Under the pieces are notes generated by a model, which was given only the letters and a program-made list of their open reading frames with translations, was not told the origin of the DNA and ran no database searches. From contig OZ245842.1 of assembly GCA_965228895.1 (NCBI GenBank), forward strand, positions 5,312,001 through 5,376,000: a DNA stretch of 64,000 nt, read 5' to 3'. Every line of letters starts with the position of its first letter. Positions within the stretch are counted from its first letter, which is position 1. The position numbers were made by a program, and so were the translations under genes. Below are positions 29,300-37,999 of this stretch, piece by piece. The stretch is from Alphaproteobacteria bacterium (GTDB lineage: Bacteria > Pseudomonadota > Alphaproteobacteria > SP197).

Positions 29300-31261
29300 A
29301 TGGTGATGACAGAACCTCTTTGGACCCCCGATCCCGCGCGCGTGGCGGCGACCAATGTCACCGCGTTCCGCAATGTCGTCGCCGACACCTATGGTGTCGC
29401 GCTCGATGACTACGCGGCGCTGTGGTCGTGGTCGGTCGAGAACCGCGCCCCGTTCTGGGAGACGTTGTGGGGTTTCTGCGATATCCGCGCGTCGAAGACC
29501 TGGGATGAGGTGCTGGTCGACGGCGACAAGATGCCGGGCGCCAAATGGTTCACCGGCACACGCCTGAACTACGCCGAAAACCTGCTGCGGCGGCGCGACC
29601 AGAACGAAGCGATCGTATGCTGGCGCGAAAACGGTACGCGCAGCGCCATGACCTATGCCGAACTCTACGACACCGTCGCCGCGTTAAGGGGCTGGATGGC
29701 CGCCAAGGGCATCGGCGAGGGCGACCGGGTCGCCGGTTTCATGCCCAACCTGCCGGAGACCATCGCCGCTATGCTCGCGGCGGCCAGTCTGGGTGCGGTG
29801 TGGTCGTCATGTTCGCCCGATTTTGGCGTGCGCGGCGTGCTCGACCGGTTCGGCCAGATCGAACCGAAGCTGCTGGTGACCGCCGACGGCTACTTCTATG
29901 GCGGCAAAACGTTCGACAGTCTGGCGCGGGTTAAGGAAATCACCGGCGGTCTATCGAGCGTGGCCGACATCCTTGTCGTGCCCTACGTCAACGCCCAACC
30001 GGACTTGACCGTGCTCGCCAACGCCACGTCCTGGGCCGAGGCGACATCGGACGTGCCGGACGACGATATCGACTTCGCCCAGGTGCCGTTCGATCACCCG
30101 CTCTTCATCATGTATTCGTCGGGCACCACCGGCGCGCCCAAATGCATCGTGCATGGTCACGGCGGCACGCTGCTGCAGCATGTGAAGGAACTGCGCCTGC
30201 ACACCGATCTGAAGCCGGGTGAGCGCATTTTCTACTTTTCGACATGCGGCTGGATGATGTGGAACTGGCTCGTCTCGAGCCTGGCCTGCGAAGCGACCGT
30301 CATGCTGTTCGAGGGTAACCCCGCCCATCCCGGCCCGGACATCCTGTGGGAGTTCGCCGAGAAGGAACGCATCAACGTCGTCGGCGTCTCCGCCAAGTAC
30401 CTCTCGGCGATCGAGAAGGCCGGCGTCAAACCGCGCGAGACCCTTGACCTATCCGCCGTGCGCGCGGTGCTCTCGACCGGTTCGCCGCTGGCGCACGAAA
30501 GCTTCGACTACGTCTACCGCGACATCAAGGAAGACGTGCAGCTCTCGTCCATCTCCGGCGGTACCGACATCATTTCCTGCTTTACGCTCGGCAACCCGAG
30601 CGGGCCGGTCTTCAAAGGCGAACTGCAGTGCCGCGGCCTCGCCATGAAGGTCGAGGTGTTCGGCGATGACGGTAAAGCCTTGCCGACCGGTGAGAAGGGC
30701 GAACTCGTCTGTTCGGCGGCGTTCCCCTCGATGCCGATCGGGTTCTGGAACGACCCGGACGGCGCGAAGTATCACGCCGCCTATTTCGATGTGTACGACA
30801 ACGTCTGGCGTCACGGCGACTGGGCGGAGATCACCGAGCACGGCGGCGTCATTGTCTATGGGCGCTCCGATGCCGTGCTCAATCCCGGCGGCGTGCGCAT
30901 TGGGACCGCCGAGATCTATCGCCAGGTCGAACAGTTCGACGAGGTGCTCGATGCGCTTTGCATCGGCCAGGACTGGGACGACGACGTGCGTGTCGTCCTC
31001 TTCGTCGTCATGCGTCCCGGCCACGATCTGACCGACGACCTGATTGCGGCGATCCGCAAGAAGATCCGCGACAACGCCTCGCCGCGCCACACGCCGGCCA
31101 AGGTCATTGCGGTCGCCGACATCCCGCGCACGCGCTCCAATAAGATCAGCGAACTCGCCGTGCGCGACATCGTGCACGGCCGCCAGGTCAAGAACACCGA
31201 AGCGCTCGCCAACCCGGAAGCACTCAAGCTGTTCGAAGGGATCGCCGCGTTGCAGGTGTAA
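29300..31261 (+). CDS. Acetoacetate-CoA ligase
   Basis: WSSCSPDFG, YSSGTTGAPK, GWMMWNWL, SISGGTD, GRSDAVLNPGGVRIGT. Confidence 0.92.
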   Translation: MVMTEPLWTPDPARVAATNVTAFRNVVADTYGVALDDYAALWSWSVENRAPFWETLWGFCDIRASKTWDEVLVDGDKMPGAKWFTGTRLNYAENLLRRRDQNEAIVCWRENGTRSAMTYAELYDTVAALRGWMAAKGIGEGDRVAGFMPNLPETIAAMLAAASLGAVWSSCSPDFGVRGVLDRFGQIEPKLLVTADGYFYGGKTFDSLARVKEITGGLSSVADILVVPYVNAQPDLTVLANATSWAEATSDVPDDDIDFAQVPFDHPLFIMYSSGTTGAPKCIVHGHGGTLLQHVKELRLHTDLKPGERIFYFSTCGWMMWNWLVSSLACEATVMLFEGNPAHPGPDILWEFAEKERINVVGVSAKYLSAIEKAGVKPRETLDLSAVRAVLSTGSPLAHESFDYVYRDIKEDVQLSSISGGTDIISCFTLGNPSGPVFKGELQCRGLAMKVEVFGDDGKALPTGEKGELVCSAAFPSMPIGFWNDPDGAKYHAAYFDVYDNVWRHGDWAEITEHGGVIVYGRSDAVLNPGGVRIGTAEIYRQVEQFDEVLDALCIGQDWDDDVRVVLFVVMRPGHDLTDDLIAAIRKKIRDNASPRHTPAKVIAVADIPRTRSNKISELAVRDIVHGRQVKNTEALANPEALKLFEGIAALQV

Positions 31262-31336
31262 CGGCGCGGCTGAACGGCTAGTCTGCTCTGCACCAAGGGC
31301 GCTTCGTCACACAGGTATCGCAGGAATGGGGAAACG

Positions 31337-32335
31337 ATGAACGAGCTGACCAAACTCCGTGTCGGCCTGGCCGGGCTATCGAATGATGTCGCTGAGGTGC
31401 AGGCGCCGGTCAACCGCACTCACCTGGCGGCAAAGACGGCCAAGTCGACGCTCGCCAAACCCGGGCAACTCTCCCGGGCGATGAAGGGTTTGATCAGGAA
31501 GGCGGACACGCTCAGCAACTCGGCTGTCGTCCTGACACCCTTTCCGGTGATCGGTACGCTGGCGAGCCGCATCGGCACGATCATGCGCAAGGTCAAATCG
31601 ACGGCGGAAAAATTCAAACGCACCGCCGACCAGATGGACAAGCGCAGCAAGCCCGCGCAGAAGGCCGTCGCCACCATCCTGCCGCCGGTCAGCAAGGCGA
31701 AGATGTCGCTGGACCGGGCGCAGGCGCTGCTGCAGGGCTGGCTCGCGATCGTCACCGAGCTCGAGCGTCGGTTCGGCGAGACGCCGCCGCCCGAAGTCGA
31801 ATCCGCCTGCGCGACCATGAACCTGTCACTGGCGCCCGACATCAAGGCCGTCGCCGCCGCGAAACCCGGTTTGCAAAACAATCTGGACATCGTCAGCGGT
31901 GCGCTCGAGGGCGTCGCGGTTGCGATGAAACCCATCGACCCGGCGCTGAGGGCCGCCAATGACATCGTGCAGAAGCTGCGGCCGCTGGAAGGTCCGTTGA
32001 GAGAGCTGCGCAAGGCGTTGCGGCCGGTGCGCTGGGCGCTCGATGCCGTCAAATGGGTGATGCACAAGGTCATCGATCCCATCGTCAACGAGATCTTGAA
32101 GGCGGTCGGCTTGAAGCGCCTCGTCGACAAACTCGAGCGTTCGCTCAATCCGCTCGCCGCCAAGCTTGCGCCGTTGAAGAAGGCGGCGGCGCCGTTGACC
32201 CGGGCGGTCAAGGCGATCGGCCGCACCGACCGCATCGTCACGCCGCTGAACCGGATCCCCGAACTCGAGAAACGGATCTCGATGGCCATGCGCCCGTTGA
32301 AGCAGCTGTCGACGACGACGCTGGCTGCGGCCTAG
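31337..32335 (+). CDS. Hypothetical basic, amphipathic helical protein
   Basis: Host-like GC3 codon pattern, purine-rich RBS; K/A/L-rich with recurring xxP(L/V/I). Confidence 0.7.
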   Translation: MNELTKLRVGLAGLSNDVAEVQAPVNRTHLAAKTAKSTLAKPGQLSRAMKGLIRKADTLSNSAVVLTPFPVIGTLASRIGTIMRKVKSTAEKFKRTADQMDKRSKPAQKAVATILPPVSKAKMSLDRAQALLQGWLAIVTELERRFGETPPPEVESACATMNLSLAPDIKAVAAAKPGLQNNLDIVSGALEGVAVAMKPIDPALRAANDIVQKLRPLEGPLRELRKALRPVRWALDAVKWVMHKVIDPIVNEILKAVGLKRLVDKLERSLNPLAAKLAPLKKAAAPLTRAVKAIGRTDRIVTPLNRIPELEKRISMAMRPLKQLSTTTLAAA

Positions 32336-32402
32336 GCGACCGCCTAGGACAGACCGAGTTGGAGCGGAGCCTCTGTGGACCGGATTTAGCCAATTGCTGA
32401 CG

Positions 32403-32855
32403 TCAAGGTCTGCCGGGATGATGCGCCACATAGGCAGTCCGTTGTCCCGGTTCAAAGCCACATTGTTCATAGAACCGATGAACTCTCGGGTCTTCGCGAC
32501 CGCTCTGAAGGAGGACGTGATAGCAGTCACTAGACCACGCGGCGGTCAGTGCAGCCTCGACGACTGCACGACCATGACCTTGGCTTTGAAAGTTCGGGTG
32601 CGTGACAACATTCTCGAGAAACGCGTGTTGCTGACCGTCGCGCAAGAGATTTGGTGATGTTATGAGCACGCAACTCGCGACGATCTTGTCGTCGAACTCT
32701 GAAACGAAGACGCTAACACCTTCCCGAACCAGCATATCCCGCCATATCTGATCCGCCCGCTGCTTTGGTTGAGCAGCGGCACTAACGTCGCTGGCGTCAT
32801 ACAGGTCAAGGATCGAAACGAGATCTTCTAAGACAGCTTGTCTAGTGTTGGGCAT
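32403..32855 (-). CDS. GNAT N-acetyltransferase
   Basis: PNLLR, LENVVTHPNFQSQGHG, HRFYEQCGF. Confidence 0.85.
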   Translation of the reverse strand: MPNTRQAVLEDLVSILDLYDASDVSAAAQPKQRADQIWRDMLVREGVSVFVSEFDDKIVASCVLITSPNLLRDGQQHAFLENVVTHPNFQSQGHGRAVVEAALTAAWSSDCYHVLLQSGREDPRVHRFYEQCGFEPGQRTAYVAHHPGRP

Positions 32856-32955
32856 TGGATAAACGCTCGATGTATGCAAATCGAAAGGACCCACCTCGAC
32901 ATTCAAACAAATGATCAAACGCCGCAATCCCCCGCCGGTAAATCTATGCGTTCAC

Positions 32956-33990
32956 CTAACGCAAACCGAGATCGCGTAGCGCGTCCGCAGGCCGGATGGT
33001 GCCGACCTCGGTGCCCGCCCAGTTGCGCAGGGTCGATTGGCCGAGGCCCTTCAACGTCTGCCAGCCCCGGTCGTCGAGCGCGCCGAGTCGGCGCAGCACA
33101 TGGGCGACGACGACTTCGGAAGCGCGCCCTTCGACATCGCCATCGTCAATCTTGATGGCGACGCCCAATCCCTGTTCGGGCCAGGCCGCGCAGTAGATAC
33201 CTTCCGCGCCGGTCTTGCTGACGAAACGCCCGCGTCCGGCGCGCAACAGTGCGGTGCCGAACCGTTTGGTGCCGGCGACCATGACCGGATGGTCCGCCAT
33301 CGCCTTGACGATAGCGCGGCATGCATCGGCGCGTGTATCCGACAAGTCGCCGGGGTCGGCCAGGCGCGCCATGCCGAGGGCGAGCGCATGGAGCGGCATG
33401 GCGATGGTCGGCACACCGCAGCCGTCGATGGCGATGCTGGCTTTCGCGAGATCGACGCCGCACATGGCGGCCATGGTGTTGCAGACCTCGGCCTGGGCCG
33501 GATGGTCGATGTCGAGATAACCCCTGGGCGCAACATCCTTGTGGCGGCAGATCGTCAGAAAGCCCGCGTGTTTGCCCGAGCAGTTGTTGTGTTCGCGACC
33601 CGCCGTGCCCTGGGCGCGATAGAGATCGTGCAGCGCGTCGACGTCGTAGGGATCGTGGGCGCCGCATTCCAGATCCGTCACCGACAGGCCCAGGCGCAGC
33701 AGCCATTCGCGCACGGCGACGACATGAACCGTCTCCGCGTTGTGGCTGGCGCACGCCAACGCCAACTCCTCGTCGCTGACATCAAACGCCTGCGCGGCGC
33801 CGCTCTCGGCCATGACCAAAGATGACTGGATCGGCTTGATCGCCGAGCGCGGAAAGATCGCGCGTTCGGAATCGCCCAGCGCCAGCTTCACCTTGCCGTG
33901 TTTGTCGACAACGACAATCGAGCCGCGATGGCGGCTTTCGACCATGCCGCCACGGGTGACCTCGACAAGGATCGGCGTCTCATGCGCCAT
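32956..33990 (-). CDS. L-asparaginase II family (Rhizobium etli type)
   Basis: VESRHRG, RSAIKP, CASH, NNCSGKH, DGCG, KTGAEG. Confidence 0.9.
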   Translation of the reverse strand: MAHETPILVEVTRGGMVESRHRGSIVVVDKHGKVKLALGDSERAIFPRSAIKPIQSSLVMAESGAAQAFDVSDEELALACASHNAETVHVVAVREWLLRLGLSVTDLECGAHDPYDVDALHDLYRAQGTAGREHNNCSGKHAGFLTICRHKDVAPRGYLDIDHPAQAEVCNTMAAMCGVDLAKASIAIDGCGVPTIAMPLHALALGMARLADPGDLSDTRADACRAIVKAMADHPVMVAGTKRFGTALLRAGRGRFVSKTGAEGIYCAAWPEQGLGVAIKIDDGDVEGRASEVVVAHVLRRLGALDDRGWQTLKGLGQSTLRNWAGTEVGTIRPADALRDLGLR

Positions 33991-34034
33991 GGGCACTTGC
34001 CTTCGGGTCGGTTTCTACGTCAGGGTCGAGGATC

Positions 34035-34574
34035 ATGCGTGGATTCTTTGGTATCGGCGTCGAAGGTATCAGCAAAGCCGGCAACGTGGGCAACCTGTTT
34101 CGCTCGGCCCATGGCTTCGGCGCGAGCTTCCTGTTCCTGGTCGCGCCCGACCCGCGCATGGCGTTTCCCAGCGACACCTCGGCCAGCCAGCGCAACCTGC
34201 CCGTCTATACCTATGCCGGTATCGACGACATGCGGCTGCCGGAGGGCTGCCAGCTGGTCGGAGTCGAACTGACCGAGGGCGCGGTCGATCTGCCCAGCTT
34301 CCACCATCCCCACGGCGCGGCCTATGTGCTGGGGCCGGAACGGGGCAGCCTGTCGCCGGCCATGCTGGAACGCTGCGAGCACGTGGTGCGCATCCCGACC
34401 AGCTTCTGCATCAACGTCGCGACGGCTGGCGCGATTGTTATGTACGACCGCGTGCGCACCATGGGCCGTTTCGCCCACCGCCCGGTGTCGCCGATCATGC
34501 CGGCCGAACCCTTGCCGCGGCACGTTCACGGCGATCCCATTTCGCGCAAAAGGCCGCCACGGCGCGATCGGTGA
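34035..34574 (+). CDS. SpoU/TrmH-family RNA methyltransferase
   Basis: NVGNLFRSAHGFGA, LGPERGSL, CINVATAGAIVMYDR. Confidence 0.88.
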   Translation: MRGFFGIGVEGISKAGNVGNLFRSAHGFGASFLFLVAPDPRMAFPSDTSASQRNLPVYTYAGIDDMRLPEGCQLVGVELTEGAVDLPSFHHPHGAAYVLGPERGSLSPAMLERCEHVVRIPTSFCINVATAGAIVMYDRVRTMGRFAHRPVSPIMPAEPLPRHVHGDPISRKRPPRRDR

Positions 34575-34603
34575 GGTTTTGTGCGCTTTAAGGCGCGGCA
34601 TCA

Positions 34604-34672
34604 CCAGCCCACTCCCCCGCCCGGCCACCCCGAGGATGCTGCCATGGGTGGCCGGGCGGGGGAGTGGGCCGG
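34604..34672. repeat. Long GC palindrome (REP-like family 2), copy C
   Basis: CCAGCCCACTCCCCCGCCCGGCCACCC-CGAGGATGCTGCCAT-GGGTGGCCGGGCGGGGGAGTGGGCCGG. Confidence 0.88.
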
Positions 34673-34797
34673 CACCGGCGTCGAGCCCTTCGGCTCGACA
34701 CAGCAAGCAAATACGGCAAAGCGCCTTAGCTTTGCCCTGTTTCGGACATGCTGGTAAGACTACTCTTCAGGGGTCATCGACAAGCGGGTTGGACACG

Positions 34798-35310
34798 ATG
34801 CAGCAACGTGGACTTTTTCTGGTGGTGGTTTTGGCGGCAATGGTGGCGGCAGCCTCCGTCGCGCGCGCGCAGGAACCTCGCGCCATCGGCGTCTTCAACG
34901 ATTGGGTCGCCTATACCTACCAGTCCGGCAGCGAGAAGGTCTGTTACATCGGCAGCCAGCCGACGACGGACGAAGGCAACTATACCGAACGCGGCGATAT
35001 CTGGACGCTGGTGACCAACCGCAGCCCCGGCACCAAGGGCGTGGTCAGCATCATCATCGGCTACAATTTCAAGGAAAACTCCGACGTCACGATCAAGATC
35101 GGCAGCAACACCTATAGCCTGTTCACCCAGGGCGACACGGCCTGGACACGGGTCGAGGCCGATGACGCGTCGCTGGTGGCGGCCATGAAGGCGGGCAACC
35201 GGATGGAAGTACGCGGCGTGTCGTGGCGCGGCACCGAGACCAAGGACACCTATTCGCTCTCGGGCTTCACCAAAGCCTATGAGGCCATCACGACGGCCTG
35301 CGCGAGTTAA
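34798..35310 (+). CDS. Invasion-associated locus B (IalB) family periplasmic protein
   Basis: Signal peptide, FNDW..Y...C, AMKAG, DTYSLSGFTKA...C; upstream of rlmN. Confidence 0.85.
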   Translation: MQQRGLFLVVVLAAMVAAASVARAQEPRAIGVFNDWVAYTYQSGSEKVCYIGSQPTTDEGNYTERGDIWTLVTNRSPGTKGVVSIIIGYNFKENSDVTIKIGSNTYSLFTQGDTAWTRVEADDASLVAAMKAGNRMEVRGVSWRGTETKDTYSLSGFTKAYEAITTACAS

Positions 35311-35387
35311 TGAGGCTACGAAAACACCGCCGTAGCGTCCCGGCCGTAGAGCCGGGACCCAAGAACACGGGCTTTGCCTATTGCGAT

Positions 35388-35416
35388 TTGGCTTAAGCGC
35401 CGTTCGTCTCTATATG
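35388..35416 (+). promoter_or_regulatory. Candidate sigma70 promoter of rlmN
   Basis: TTGGCT-17bp-TATATG, 7 nt before the ATG. Confidence 0.45.
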
Positions 35417-35423
35417 TCGCGTC

Positions 35424-36548
35424 ATGGAAGACACCAGTCATAACGTCAGCGAACGCAAGAACCTGATCGGGCTTTCGCGCGCCGAATTGGCTGATGAGAT
35501 GGCGGCGTTCGGCGAAAAGCCGTTTCGCGTCAAGCAGTTATGGCATTGGATCTACTATCGCGGTGTGACCGATTTTGCCGCGATGACGACCCTTTCCAAA
35601 CCCCTGCGCGCCCGGCTGGCGGAGCACTACAGTCTCGACCGGCCCCATGTTGCGCGCCATCAGGTGTCTGAAGACCGGACCCAGAAATGGCTTTTGAAGG
35701 TCGCCGATGGTCACCTGATCGAGAGCGTGCATATCCCTGAAGAAGACCGCGGCGCACTCTGCATGTCGTCACAGGTCGGCTGTACGCTGACCTGCACGTT
35801 CTGCCACACCGGCACCCAGCGCCTGGTGCGCAATCTGACGCCCGGTGAGATCGTCGGCCAATTCATGCTGGCGCGCGACACGCTCGATGAGTGGCCGACG
35901 CCGAGCGACGGTGGTCGCCAGCTCTCCAACATCGTCATGATGGGTATGGGTGAGCCGCTCTATAACTTCGAGAACGTCAAGCAGGCGCTGCAGATCGTTA
36001 TGGACGAAGAGGGCATCTCGTTGTCGCGCCGGCGCATCACGTTGTCGACCTCCGGCGTCGTCCCGATGATGCAACGTTGTGGCGACGAACTGCGCGTCGA
36101 TCTCGCGGTCTCGCTGCACGCGGTGACCGACGACGTCCGCACACAGCTCGTCCCGCTCAACAAGAAGTATCCGATCGCCGAACTGCTCGACGCCTGCCGG
36201 CGCTACCCCGGCGCGAACAACGCGCGGCGCATCACGTTCGAATACGTCATGTTGAAGGACGTCAACGACAGCGATGCCGACGCCCGCGCGCTGGTCAAAC
36301 TGCTCAAGGGCATTCCGGCCAAGGTCAATCTGATCCCGTTCAACCCGTGGCCCGGCGCGCCTTACGAATGTTCGTCGAACAACCGCATTCACGCGTTCTC
36401 GCGCATCGTCAACGACGGCGGCCTCTCGGCGCCGGTGCGCCGGCCGCGCGGCCGCGACATTCTGGCGGCCTGCGGCCAGCTCAAATCCGACACGGTCAAG
36501 AAACGCAAAAGCGAATTGTTGCAAGAGCAGGCTGCCGCCGCCTCTTAA
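35424..36548 (+). CDS. rlmN: 23S rRNA/tRNA m2A methyltransferase RlmN (radical SAM)
   Basis: [33 protein letters not shown]. Confidence 0.96.
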   Translation: MEDTSHNVSERKNLIGLSRAELADEMAAFGEKPFRVKQLWHWIYYRGVTDFAAMTTLSKPLRARLAEHYSLDRPHVARHQVSEDRTQKWLLKVADGHLIESVHIPEEDRGALCMSSQVGCTLTCTFCHTGTQRLVRNLTPGEIVGQFMLARDTLDEWPTPSDGGRQLSNIVMMGMGEPLYNFENVKQALQIVMDEEGISLSRRRITLSTSGVVPMMQRCGDELRVDLAVSLHAVTDDVRTQLVPLNKKYPIAELLDACRRYPGANNARRITFEYVMLKDVNDSDADARALVKLLKGIPAKVNLIPFNPWPGAPYECSSNNRIHAFSRIVNDGGLSAPVRRPRGRDILAACGQLKSDTVKKRKSELLQEQAAAAS

Positions 36549-36763
36549 GCCAGCGGGTCGTCCCAGAACCAGCGCCGCGCTTCCTGACGGGCTTCGTAGT
36601 GCGAGACCCCGATATCCCGGAGGGTTCGCTCGTCGAGCCTGGCGAGTTGGCGCCGTTGACGCGACAGTTCATGCCAACGCCCGATCCGCTGGGCGACCCA
36701 GGCGGCGATACCGTCAGCCTTGCTGCTGCTGTGGCCGAGACCACTTAACGTGTTGGAATGCAT
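36545..36763 (-). CDS. DUF1127 small protein
   Basis: [20 protein letters not shown]...FW. Confidence 0.88.
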   Translation of the reverse strand: MHSNTLSGLGHSSSKADGIAAWVAQRIGRWHELSRQRRQLARLDERTLRDIGVSHYEARQEARRWFWDDPLA

Positions 36764-36847
36764 GGTCTTTCTCCGTTCGATGAATTGTTCCGTGGTCTAG
36801 AAATGGGCCATCGCACTTGATCAATCCAACGAATTGAATAGATACTA

Positions 36848-36868
36848 TCTATCAAGAACGTTGATAGA
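36848..36868. promoter_or_regulatory. LysR-type binding site
   Basis: TCTATCAA-GAACG-TTGATAGA dyad (T-N11-A) between divergent DUF1127 and LysR genes. Confidence 0.65.
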
Positions 36869-36879
36869 GGCGCTGTGCC

Positions 36880-37749
36880 ATGAACAACCTTGATACGGAT
36901 CTCTTAAGGAGCTTCCTGGCCATCGTGGACACTGGCAGCGTGACGCGTGCGGCCGAACAGGTGCACCGCACCCAGTCGGCCGTCAGCATGCAGATCAGGC
37001 GCCTGGAAGAAGCCGTCGGCAAGACGCTGTTTTCCCGCAACGGCCGCCAGATGGTCCTGACCAGCGACGGCGAGACCCTGGTCGGCTATGCGCGTCGCTT
37101 GATCCGTTTGAACGACGAAGCGGTAGCGCGGTTCTCCGGGCCGGAGCTGACCGGCGCGGTCAGGCTGGGCGTACCCGACGACTATGTCGCGCGTTTTCTG
37201 CCGACGGTTCTCGTGCGCTTTGCCAACGAGTATCCGATGGTCGAGGTCGAGGTCAGCACCGAAAACAGCATGCTGCTGGATCAGATGCTGCGCCGTGACG
37301 AACTCGACTTGGCGCTGATCAGTTGCGCGGTGGTCGAGGATCCCGGCGAACTGATCCATCGCGAGCCGATGGCTTGGGTCGTTTCCGCCAAGCACCTGGT
37401 GCACGACATCGATCCGGTGCCTTTGGCTTTGACCGAACCGGGCTGTCAGATGCGCTCGCACGCGCTCGCCGCGCTCGACAGTGTCGGCAAGTCCTATCGC
37501 ATCGCCTATTCCAGCCGCAGCTATACCGGCTTGGCGGTCTTCGTCAGCACCGGTCTGGCGGTCGCTGCCGTTGCCGAGAGCTCGGTCACGCCGGAGATGC
37601 GCGTCCTGACCGAAGACGAGGGCTATCCCGCCATGCCGCCGGTCGATGTCGGCCTGAAGCGCGCGCCGGGTTCGCGGACCGAGGCGACGGAAAAGCTGGC
37701 AGATGCGCTGATGGAGAGCGTGCGCGGTGCCGCCAACCTGGCGGCCTAG
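36880..37749 (+). CDS. LysR-family transcriptional regulator
   Basis: GSVTRAAEQVHRTQSAVSMQIRRLE HTH; GVPDDY. Confidence 0.93.
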   Translation: MNNLDTDLLRSFLAIVDTGSVTRAAEQVHRTQSAVSMQIRRLEEAVGKTLFSRNGRQMVLTSDGETLVGYARRLIRLNDEAVARFSGPELTGAVRLGVPDDYVARFLPTVLVRFANEYPMVEVEVSTENSMLLDQMLRRDELDLALISCAVVEDPGELIHREPMAWVVSAKHLVHDIDPVPLALTEPGCQMRSHALAALDSVGKSYRIAYSSRSYTGLAVFVSTGLAVAAVAESSVTPEMRVLTEDEGYPAMPPVDVGLKRAPGSRTEATEKLADALMESVRGAANLAA

Positions 37750-37891
37750 CGAAAGGTTAATTCACCAGTCTTATGTGAAGTCTTTTCAGATCACGACCCC
37801 GCCTGAAAACGGCCAGCATTCCTGCGATTCCTGACGGTCACGACAACCGCGCGGCACCGTCGCTTGGCAGATTTGCGTGGATTTGGTGTTG

Positions 37892-37914
37892 TCATGTGAA
37901 GCCGCTTCACATGA
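37892..37914. promoter_or_regulatory. Perfect 11-bp dyad, candidate operator
   Basis: TCATGTGAAGC-C-GCTTCACATGA about 85 nt upstream of the Rid gene. Confidence 0.5.
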
Positions 37915-37999
37915 TCATTTTGTGTGTCACATGGTACGCGCCTTGCCAGCCAAATCTGTCGACGCCATGCTGCGGCCGACAAAATTATCGGGGGACGTC

